IMG/VR virus record: IMGVR_UViG_3300046534_001193
Span: 1-64,000 of that record
Direction: 5' to 3' (one strand)
Source of the DNA: a virus
Length of the DNA: 64,000 nucleotides
The translations under genes and the position numbers were made by a program. Under the pieces are notes generated by a model. That model was not told the origin of the DNA. It worked only from the letters and a program-made list of their open reading frames with translations, and did no database searches. Below are positions 56,451-64,000 of this stretch, in pieces (the stretch's first letter is position 1; every line of letters starts with the position of its first letter).

Positions 56451-56809
56451 TTTATTTCCTTAGTCGGTAGTTGTACGGATTTCAGAAGGATATCCCCTGC
56501 GTCAAAACTCCAAGTGTCTACGCTGACCAGCCTAACTCCGAAATCGTCATTCAGAGCAGCCCACCCCTCAGCTTCTGCGAAATACGCAACAATGCCAGAT
56601 AGGCTGCGACTTTGAGACAGAGGTAGGATTTCTTGAGCTAGTGACCTCAAGTATGCCTTTTCAATGTCTCCGCCAAGTTCGTCCTCAATTCTTTCAGTGC
56701 CGCCAGCCCAGAACAAAAGCTGGTCTTTCATCCACTGCAAAGTATTTTCGTTGTAATTTATTTCTACAACTGCATCCCACCATTCGTAGTTAAGTGACAC
56801 TCTTTTCAT
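56447..56809 (-). CDS. hypothetical protein
   Basis: AAGGA RBS, ATGA overlap. Confidence 0.8.
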   Translation of the reverse strand: MKRVSLNYEWWDAVVEINYNENTLQWMKDQLLFWAGGTERIEDELGGDIEKAYLRSLAQEILPLSQSRSLSGIVAYFAEAEGWAALNDDFGVRLVSVDTWSFDAGDILLKSVQLPTKEIK

Positions 56810-56854
56810 TTTTATTTCCTAGTTAATCTTAGTTAATCGTCAATTTCAGACGGG

Positions 56855-56884
56855 ATAGTAGCCTAGCGGTTAAGTGTTTGTCAA
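56855..56884 (-). promoter_or_regulatory. sigma70-type promoter
   Basis: TTGACA-18-TACTAT, -35 inside dyad. Confidence 0.6.
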
Positions 56885-57351
56885 CAAGTTATCTCGGACG
56901 CGTCTATAATTGTATCTTTAATAGTTTTTATGTCGCCTTGTGCGAGCAAATAAGCATTCTTCGGAAACCTGCCACCTTTTGCTCTGGCTACAGCAATGTG
57001 GAGCCCGTCCCAAATATCCACCCTTCCAGTATCGTAGTGGCAGAACATGACCCAAGAAGGCAAGCCAGCCCTGTGCCACATACGGTGAAAAGCGGCTTGG
57101 TCCTTGGACCAGAGACTAGAGAAGCCGCTACTCAAAGAGTCATACTTCGCAGAACACTTAGCTTCAATAAGGATTGCAAGACCGTCAATCGCTAGCAGGA
57201 AGTCGCCTGGCTGGGCGGGCAGTATATTTCTGGCCGCCCGCGTGTCGGGATATCTGTGGAAAGTCGATTTTCTTTCCGACTCTGTCTCTTTCAGTGCGTC
57301 TTGGATTTTGCCTTCGAACCATTTACCTATGTCGTTGCTTTGATTAGTCAT
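56881..57351 (-). CDS. PD-(D/E)xK nuclease, RecU-like Holliday junction resolvase
   Basis: GKWFE, PGDF, IEAK, downstream Q. Confidence 0.75.
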   Translation of the reverse strand: MTNQSNDIGKWFEGKIQDALKETESERKSTFHRYPDTRAARNILPAQPGDFLLAIDGLAILIEAKCSAKYDSLSSGFSSLWSKDQAAFHRMWHRAGLPSWVMFCHYDTGRVDIWDGLHIAVARAKGGRFPKNAYLLAQGDIKTIKDTIIDASEITC

Positions 57352-57583
57352 CGGCCTTCCACACAAGTTTTTCCATAAATTTAACAGCGAAATAGGCGTA
57401 GCGTGTAGGGTTAACCGCCCCTGTAAAAAGCAATACTACCGTGGTGTCGGTTATTTCTACAATCTTACAGAGCTTTGGGCAAGTGTTAATCGTTATCGGC
57501 TCTATCTGTACCAACCAATAATCACCTAACCCTACATCTGCAAATTCGGGCGGGTACTTGTGTATTCTGGTTTTCTTTGTCAT
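57344..57583 (-). CDS. small beta protein, paralog A
   Basis: Aligns with 57629-57859; same leader. Confidence 0.75.
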   Translation of the reverse strand: MTKKTRIHKYPPEFADVGLGDYWLVQIEPITINTCPKLCKIVEITDTTVVLLFTGAVNPTRYAYFAVKFMEKLVWKADD

Positions 57584-57628
57584 TACTATTCTCCAATTTT
57601 AATAAAATTAGTAAGGTTGGGCTGCCCA

Positions 57629-57859
57629 CTACATCCTGAGCCTTTCAATAAATCTAAGTGATACAAAAGTGTGCTTAGTATTGTTATTCGAACCTGCAAA
57701 AAACAAGACTAAAGTGTTGCCAGTTTTTTCTACAATTAAACACTTCTTTGGGGGAGTCTCACTTGTTATCGGTGCTACTGGAATTTCCTGAATTATCCAA
57801 ACCTGTCCAACTTCAATTTCAGATAGCTCTGGCGATTGATCGGGTATTCTAGTTGACAT
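57629..57859 (-). CDS. small beta protein, paralog B
   Basis: Aligns with 57344-57583. Confidence 0.75.
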   Translation of the reverse strand: MSTRIPDQSPELSEIEVGQVWIIQEIPVAPITSETPPKKCLIVEKTGNTLVLFFAGSNNNTKHTFVSLRFIERLRM

Positions 57860-57884
57860 TACTATTCTCCAATCCTAATAAAAG

Positions 57885-60800
57885 TTAAGCCGCTTTCTTA
57901 GCTTCCCATTTAGCTAAGGCATCCACAATTGCCTGATCGATGTCTTCGCGACTCGGTTCCACGCCTATCTCGATTTGATCGTTCCAGTTCTTACCTAGCG
58001 ATACATCGGCTGTCATCGGTGCCACATGGTTAGGCGGCGTCAAGGTCATAATCGCTACCAGCCTATCGATGTACTCAGGTATCTTAGAGATTGGCACCGA
58101 AGCAGTTATCTCGTCGTAGACTGGGCCTAGCAACGTTGCACCGGTATCTGCCCAAAGATGTTTCTTCCAGCATTGCGTCAAAACTACCTTTAGGATATCT
58201 GCTGCAGTACCTTGAATTATCGAGTTGACGCCTTGACGCTCCATTCTTCTGCGCTCGGAATTCTTGTCAGAAAATATGGTTGGACCAATATGTCTGCGAT
58301 TACCGTAAGCTGTTTGGGTGTAGCCATTAGCTTTAGCAAAGGCAATGACTTCTTGCTGCCAAGGCTGTATTCGAGGGTAGGTGCTGTAGGCTGCGTTCAT
58401 CATAGCCTCAGCCTCAGTCAAAGGTATTATCAACTGTCGGCTCAAGGTTGGAGCTTCCCCTAAGTAGGTCATTAGAAAGTTGGTACGCTTAGCTGGGCGT
58501 TTTCTAACTTTCAAAAACTTGTCATGGTCAGCATGTTCTTTATCTTTGTAGGCTTCCATGTAGTCTACGTAAGAGACACCTGCTATTCCTGAGGCTGTCA
58601 TTGAGTGGACGTCGCGTCGATTGTCGCCTACGTAGCACGATATCAGGTTAGCATCTCCACTTTCAGACGCGGTTATTACCAATTCTTGCTGAGAGAAATC
58701 GATCGATACAATCATCTCGTCATCGGCGTAAGCCTTGTAAACTGATCGCATTATGCCTTCTTCTTGGTGCTTGCTCACGGCCAATATGTTCGGCGCAGTA
58801 GCCGATGGCCTGCGAGTAACCGTACCGCAGTTCTTTATCTGAGGATGAATCCTGCCGTCTGTCGGGTGGGCCCACGCAGGGTAAGGCGTGTGGTAAAAGC
58901 TAATCCTAGTGGTAGCCTCCTTCACCAGCAGCACAGTTTCTAATATCTGCTTGCGCCAAAAGTCCGATGGGTCATCCAACATGTCTTCAGCCAAAGCTGT
59001 TTGTATTGCTAAAGCGTCGGTAGATGGATTTCCGCTCAGCTTATTTATGTCTCTAAACCCACCTTTTTCAGGGAAAGTTTGCAGTCGAACCGGTAGGCCT
59101 AACTTGCAATACATCAATTGCTGCATCTGTTTGTACGATCCAACACTGAGTTCGTCGCCGATGTGGACTACCTTGCCCTCGCTCACCAGCTGGCCAGAAC
59201 AAAACTTAGCCAAAGCATCATACTCGACACCTTCTCTGCTCTTCAATTGCTCTACAGCCTCAGCTAGCAAAGTCGTAAATTTGTCTTGGTCTTTGGTCAG
59301 CGCAGGCCTAGCGTCGTGCTCGTCTTCAGCACTAAACTGGCAAACCTCAGTCAACCATTGTGTTATGGCCTTCCTGGCTACACTGGTAAACGGCGTACTG
59401 AAGCCTAAGTTTTTGACGACTGACTCAAACTTTTTCAAGGTCGGTACGAATTCCACAGGCTCACAAACTTCTTCGTAGGGCACGTACTGGGATGCGTCTA
59501 AACATTGCTTAGCAAAATTGGCAGCAGCAGAACCCATTGCCTCGGTAACTGCTTTTGAGGCTGCTTCTGAATCTAAGGCAACACCTTCTTTGTCTAATTT
59601 CTTTCGGGCAGCAGCTTTAGCTTTTGCTTTTACAACGTCCAGCTCAGCAGCCAACAAAGGTTTGGCTCTTTCTTTATCGACTTTACTGCAGTGCACCTCT
59701 AAGATCGTTCTTAGCCGCGCCATGCCGTCTGATATTGTAGCAACGTCTTTCTGTCGCAAAGTTTCTAAGACGTCCCAGTCCATCTCACATCCCACTAGAT
59801 AAGCGTCTACCAGCGCATGCTGAGTGTAGACTTCGTTCTCCATGAAGAAAGCATGGCTACCTTCAATCTGCATAATGATATTGCGCAGTACCCAAATGTG
59901 AGCCGTGCAAGTTGCGTCGTCACAGCCATACTTGAATACTTCGTCCAGGCTCAGCTGATCCATTGTTCGCATTTCACCAGTCACAGGGTCGGTCACAGTA
60001 TCTTTGTAGCTGGCTTGGTCGTGGCCTAGCAGTCGTTTTGACGAGCTTTTAAGGCCTGCCAGTTCTTCTTCTTCAACGTAAGACGACATTATTGCAGTAT
60101 CGATCACAGGGCCTAGCCAAAAACCTAAATTCTGCTTGGTGACTGCGATCTCAAAGAAAGCATTTTGTACCGACAAGGTTGAGACTTCTTCTGCTATCCG
60201 AAGTAACTTTCCAATGACTTCTTTATCTACGTTGCCTTCCGAGTTGTGTTGCACAGGAAGGTACATAGTCTGCTGCAAGTTCTCTCCGAAAGTGAATGAA
60301 GCACCGGCTATCAATGCTTCTTTGACGTCCACATAGTCTTCGCCCTTAGGGCCATGCAACATTGCGTCTTCTGACGGATAAGTCTCGTAGTCAAAAGAGA
60401 CTATCGGGCTTTTAGCACACTCCGATCGGAACTCAGTGTACAAGTCTTCGTCGACATCTTCGGCTGTTATTGCGTATGAAACAGGTAAGTGTCGCTCGAC
60501 ATCTTCGTGATCAATTAAATCTGAGCAGCCCATTGCGTCAAAAATTCTTTGCACAGTAGCAACGTCAGGCAGGCGCTTGAACCAATGGATATTGGTTAGC
60601 TTCTTACCTTTAGGCTTCCAACAAAGCTCAGGGTGAAGGATTGCCAGCAAGTAGGACTTTCTCCAATCATGCCTATGATCCGACAGCATTTGCAATACTT
60701 TGTTGGGCTCGTCGGCCAACACTTCTTCGATGACAGAGTAGTCGCTATTCTTGACGCACTCTTCAAGTTCCAGCAATCCGTCGTAGCCGTAGGATTCTAC

Positions 60801-61403
60801 TAAGGCTGTCCACTTGGCAGGTCCGAAACCTTTGACGCCGGCATACTTGTCGGATGTATCTCCAACCATCGATTTGCTAAGGCTGGTAAAAGCGTAAGGT
60901 ACATCGTGCCAAGTGCCTTCGGTTTGCAGTTCCATTTTCAAGTAAACTTGCACGTCTTCATTAGCTAGTTGCAACAAGTCAGCGTCAACAGTGTAAATCA
61001 TGTGCTTACCTGGCATTGTCTGACAAAAATAAGCCAGCAGGTCGTCAGCCTCCACGCCGTCAACTTTCGCTTGGGTACATCCGATCGCGCCCCAGAAGCG
61101 CTTCATCATGTCCATCATAAGAACATTTTGCTCACGTTCTTCAGGGTCTCGGTCTAGGCGGGCTTTTGTTTGCTTGTAATCAGGTAGCAAGGCGGTACGG
61201 TAGTCAGTGCCGCCGTCATGCGCTATCAAGATATCGATAGGCGCGTGGTATTCTAAAATTGGCAGCATGTATCGAGTCATAAACTGATTGAAGCCGTAGG
61301 CCGCCGTGTTTATGTCGTTATCCAGTGCTGTGTTAATAGCTTCTGGGTCGGTGCCGATGTGGTAGCAGTGGTACATTACAGCTTTTGCGTCGAGTAATAT
61401 CAT
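57885..61403 (-). CDS. polA: DNA polymerase I (family A) with 5'-3' and 3'-5' exonuclease domains
   Basis: EADD, D.DLLQL, GDTSD, FDYET, YGCDD, DFSQQEL, AKRTNF...Y, NSIIQGTAAD, VYDEI. Confidence 0.95.
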   Translation of the reverse strand: MILLDAKAVMYHCYHIGTDPEAINTALDNDINTAAYGFNQFMTRYMLPILEYHAPIDILIAHDGGTDYRTALLPDYKQTKARLDRDPEEREQNVLMMDMMKRFWGAIGCTQAKVDGVEADDLLAYFCQTMPGKHMIYTVDADLLQLANEDVQVYLKMELQTEGTWHDVPYAFTSLSKSMVGDTSDKYAGVKGFGPAKWTALVESYGYDGLLELEECVKNSDYSVIEEVLADEPNKVLQMLSDHRHDWRKSYLLAILHPELCWKPKGKKLTNIHWFKRLPDVATVQRIFDAMGCSDLIDHEDVERHLPVSYAITAEDVDEDLYTEFRSECAKSPIVSFDYETYPSEDAMLHGPKGEDYVDVKEALIAGASFTFGENLQQTMYLPVQHNSEGNVDKEVIGKLLRIAEEVSTLSVQNAFFEIAVTKQNLGFWLGPVIDTAIMSSYVEEEELAGLKSSSKRLLGHDQASYKDTVTDPVTGEMRTMDQLSLDEVFKYGCDDATCTAHIWVLRNIIMQIEGSHAFFMENEVYTQHALVDAYLVGCEMDWDVLETLRQKDVATISDGMARLRTILEVHCSKVDKERAKPLLAAELDVVKAKAKAAARKKLDKEGVALDSEAASKAVTEAMGSAAANFAKQCLDASQYVPYEEVCEPVEFVPTLKKFESVVKNLGFSTPFTSVARKAITQWLTEVCQFSAEDEHDARPALTKDQDKFTTLLAEAVEQLKSREGVEYDALAKFCSGQLVSEGKVVHIGDELSVGSYKQMQQLMYCKLGLPVRLQTFPEKGGFRDINKLSGNPSTDALAIQTALAEDMLDDPSDFWRKQILETVLLVKEATTRISFYHTPYPAWAHPTDGRIHPQIKNCGTVTRRPSATAPNILAVSKHQEEGIMRSVYKAYADDEMIVSIDFSQQELVITASESGDANLISCYVGDNRRDVHSMTASGIAGVSYVDYMEAYKDKEHADHDKFLKVRKRPAKRTNFLMTYLGEAPTLSRQLIIPLTEAEAMMNAAYSTYPRIQPWQQEVIAFAKANGYTQTAYGNRRHIGPTIFSDKNSERRRMERQGVNSIIQGTAADILKVVLTQCWKKHLWADTGATLLGPVYDEITASVPISKIPEYIDRLVAIMTLTPPNHVAPMTADVSLGKNWNDQIEIGVEPSREDIDQAIVDALAKWEAKKAA

Positions 61404-61437
61404 AATAGTTGTGCCTCGTGTGTTTGTTTGGTGAATC

Positions 61438-62757
61438 TTATCTTCTTAGGAGTAATGCACTCTCTCGTGCTCTGCTTACGCCTACGTAAAGCAATTGATT
61501 GCGCTCTTTCATTCTCGGGTTTTTGAATACGTCATCCACGTCTAAGAATACGTTGCCGTAACTAGAGCCTTGAGAACGGTGGATAGTCATTGCGTGTGGT
61601 GACTGCAGGTTTGCGAAGCTATCTTTAAAATTCCAAAAATCTGACCACTTGCGACCTTCTACCTTGGCTGCAGCTCCAAGCTTTTCGAGCATAGCTTTGT
61701 AATCCCGCGCACTGTCTTCGTGTAAGATGTAGGCACAAGTTGACACGCCCCGTTCGGAAAGCAGGAGAACTTCCCAGACTGTAAACTGAATAGTCATACC
61801 AGAGTACAAGGGGTGAAGCGCTTTGGTTATTGATAAGACTTTCAGCTCTTCGTCAGTGTGGGCTACAATCTCGGGCTTAGGGTCGGTTATGTCGCCCACT
61901 AAAGCAGATCGGGTTAGAACCCTCTCACCTTGGATAAAAGGAGTCTTAGTCTCCCCGACTAGCAGGCGCCTAAGACTTTTATTCAGAGAGTCGACTCTCT
62001 TGTTAGTCCATGCCAAGCATCTAAATGAGTCAGGGTCATCGCGGTATTCATCTGATAAGAAGTTCTCTTTAACACAGTTGTACCAATCGACTGCGCCTAA
62101 GACGTAGATACCTTGATCTAATTTGGAGTTTATTTTGTTTACAAACTTGGTCGTAGATTTTCCTTCAATTATGTCATTGCGCAACGACTCGGTTAATTCT
62201 AGAATAGGGTTTCCAGTAACCTGCCTGCGGTTCTCAGTCAGGTGAAACATCTGGTCAGCCTGCTCAAAAGCCTGCGACTTTACCTCTTTTACCGGAGGTA
62301 TCTGATATTTGTCACCCATTACGATAACTTTAACCCTGTCCAATATGGCAGCCTCTCGAAGGTGTGTAACGACATTCTTATTTAGCATAGAGCCCTCGTC
62401 GACTACAACTAAATCCATGTCACCAAAACCTCCTTGCGACATCTTCTTGGCCATTTTAATTTCGCCGTTGCTATCCAATACCATACCCAACAGAGAATAG
62501 ATTGTTCGGCACTCAACATTGATGCCGTAGTCCTCAGCCATAGTGTTTAAGACTTTTACAGCTTTGTGAGTAGGCGCGGTTAAACAGACCTTAATGTTCG
62601 GGTGAGATTTTTGCAGATTTTTTATGACTCGCTGAATTGTGTAAGTCTTGCCTACACCAGCCCAGCCAGTCAGAACGAAGAAAAGCTCACCAACAGCCTT
62701 GTAGAATTTTATCATAGCGTCAGCAACTTCTTGCTGATCGGGTTTTAAGTCTGACAT
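61438..62757 (-). CDS. dda: Dda/RecD-like SF1B helicase
   Basis: GWAGVGKT, APTHKA, DEGSM, GDKYQIPPV, TIHRSQGS, YVGVSRA. Confidence 0.92.
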   Translation of the reverse strand: MSDLKPDQQEVADAMIKFYKAVGELFFVLTGWAGVGKTYTIQRVIKNLQKSHPNIKVCLTAPTHKAVKVLNTMAEDYGINVECRTIYSLLGMVLDSNGEIKMAKKMSQGGFGDMDLVVVDEGSMLNKNVVTHLREAAILDRVKVIVMGDKYQIPPVKEVKSQAFEQADQMFHLTENRRQVTGNPILELTESLRNDIIEGKSTTKFVNKINSKLDQGIYVLGAVDWYNCVKENFLSDEYRDDPDSFRCLAWTNKRVDSLNKSLRRLLVGETKTPFIQGERVLTRSALVGDITDPKPEIVAHTDEELKVLSITKALHPLYSGMTIQFTVWEVLLLSERGVSTCAYILHEDSARDYKAMLEKLGAAAKVEGRKWSDFWNFKDSFANLQSPHAMTIHRSQGSSYGNVFLDVDDVFKNPRMKERNQLLYVGVSRARESALLLRR

Positions 62758-62782
62758 CTTAGTTACTCTTAGGGTTTTAATT

Positions 62783-62811
62783 GAACTGGGCGAATCATGT
62801 TCGCCCAGTTC
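62783..62811. other. 12-bp perfect hairpin without U-tract
   Basis: GAACTGGGCGAA-tcatg-TTCGCCCAGTTC. Confidence 0.75.
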
Positions 62812-62837
62812 CCTACTTATTGTGCTGTGTCTTTATC

Positions 62838-63644
62838 TTAGTCTTTAACTAGTTTAAAGTCCCAAGGATAGAAAGTGTCACCACTGCCTTTTATGGTTAC
62901 TTTCTTGCCGACACAAACTTCGGTTGTGACTTCGCGAGGGTTAATACCTGCGTAAGCCAGCCGACCCATGTAGCCAGTTAGACGAGCAATAGATGAAGGT
63001 GATATAGACATAATGACAATGTGCCCTTCTAGCTCGCCAGAAACAACTTCCGCCGTCAGATCTAGATACTTCTTCTCGATCACAAGTTTGTCCTCAGCTT
63101 TCCACTCAGCAAGGATGTCAGCCAGCGGAGTTCCATCTGTAGTCGTCTCTTTATCTAAGCTAAAGACGCAGGTAGCATCGCGCTCTTTGCTGTCAAGGTA
63201 TGCCCAGCGTGGCTTGCTTTCCATCAGGTTAGCTTGGAAAGACTTGCCTTCGAGTTCTACGCCTTCCGAAGTTTCAAACACGCCTTTGTCTAACTTAATG
63301 TTAGTAAAGCTGTGGTAGCCGACTTCCAAACCGCCGAAGCCTTCGGATGCCATTTTATCTACAAAACCACCTGAGACACCGGTTGATTTGGCTACGCCTT
63401 TACTGGCTGTCGAAGTGTTAGCTAAGGCAGTTTTAGGGGCATCAACTTCTTTAGCCTCCGGCTCAACCTTCTCAGCTGCCACCTCTTTAACTTCAGGTGC
63501 AACAGTTTTTTCCGCAACGGTTTCCGCAACAGCAGTTTCTTCAACCACTTTTTCTTCGTGCACAACAGCTTCTTGCTCGACTTCTTGATCGGCACCTTGC
63601 CGAATTTTTGAAGCCGCCGAATTTTTAGGTGTTTTAAGTCCCAT
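62838..63644 (-). CDS. putative ssDNA-binding protein with acidic N-terminus
   Basis: ATG 63644 behind AGGAG; OB-like C-terminus FYPWDF; replication context. Confidence 0.5.
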   Translation of the reverse strand: MGLKTPKNSAASKIRQGADQEVEQEAVVHEEKVVEETAVAETVAEKTVAPEVKEVAAEKVEPEAKEVDAPKTALANTSTASKGVAKSTGVSGGFVDKMASEGFGGLEVGYHSFTNIKLDKGVFETSEGVELEGKSFQANLMESKPRWAYLDSKERDATCVFSLDKETTTDGTPLADILAEWKAEDKLVIEKKYLDLTAEVVSGELEGHIVIMSISPSSIARLTGYMGRLAYAGINPREVTTEVCVGKKVTIKGSGDTFYPWDFKLVKD

Positions 63645-63762
63645 GGTATTTCTCCTAGTAGTAATTGTAAAAGTAAGTTTTAACAGTAATTGCCCCTTAA
63701 TCAAGGGGTGACGCAAGTGTAAACAAGTTAAATATGTAATGCAACTTGTTTACAAATTCTTT

Positions 63763-64000
63763 TTAATCTGCTGGGTACAATTCGTTCAAGTTGTCAATGA
63801 CAGCTCCAAGCATGTAGTTTGTTTTCATATCAATGTAGTCCTGATCTAACCCGATATCCTGCAAAGCCCTGCCAAAATACATTATCCCAGTCAAGACTGT
63901 CGAGTAGCAAATTTGCTGTCGACGCTGAATATCTTTAGGTATAAAGTCGTTGAAAAAAGCCATAGTTTCTTTGACCCACTGAGAACCGGTATCGAGGCTG
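63763..64000 (-). CDS. C-terminal part of a gene entering from beyond the window
   Basis: Frame open to the window edge. Confidence 0.6.
   Translation of the reverse strand, partial: SLDTGSQWVKETMAFFNDFIPKDIQRRQQICYSTVLTGIMYFGRALQDIGLDQDYIDMKTNYMLGAVIDNLNELYPAD

Noticed and set aside
57885-61403. Intein in PolA, or DpoZ/Z-genome system
   Set aside because: No intein splice-junction or LAGLIDADG motifs seen; no purZ/datZ-like genes in the window (the rest of the genome is not visible).
20904-63588. Numerous antisense ORFs over structural and replication genes (e.g. 22395-22907, 53351-53788, 58909-59478)
   Set aside because: S/A/L-rich shadows of strongly supported genes on the other strand, lacking RBS or motifs.

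Overview
This window is most of a tailed-phage genome with siphovirus-type architecture. No integrase, repressor cassette or CRISPR array is visible. Sigma70-type promoters, an IHF-consensus site and a signal-peptide beta-strand protein point to a Gram-negative, probably gammaproteobacterial, host (inference). Layout: (1) 1-15.7 kb, a leftward early/accessory arm of small genes with a C5 DNA methyltransferase, an Ocr-like acidic protein, a beta-clamp-like protein, an HNH-AP2 endonuclease and an A-tract-rich non-coding block; (2) 16-53 kb, a rightward arm with two tRNAs, GpA-type terminase, portal, S49 protease/scaffold, capsid, tail, fibre genes, lysis genes and a second post-lysis structural module; (3) 53-64 kb, a leftward replication arm with SbcCD-like nuclease, resolvase-like nuclease, full-length PolA, Dda-like helicase and an SSB-like protein. 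The strongest candidate for an undescribed system is a methyltransferase locus dual-coded along its whole length. Two overlapping GTG starts (GTGTG) behind one RBS open a 387-aa frame with catalytic motifs I-VIII and X, and a 365-aa frame with four WPTP TRD-like repeats plus the missing motif IX. Other highlights: a stand-alone diverged copy of the capsid C-terminus; two repeat 'string' proteins (10 and 5 units) in the post-lysis module; a genome-wide 14-bp dyad overlapping -35 boxes; a c4-like structured RNA ahead of the HNH gene; and repeat-bounded gene cassettes. All calls come from reading motifs by eye; no database searches were run.
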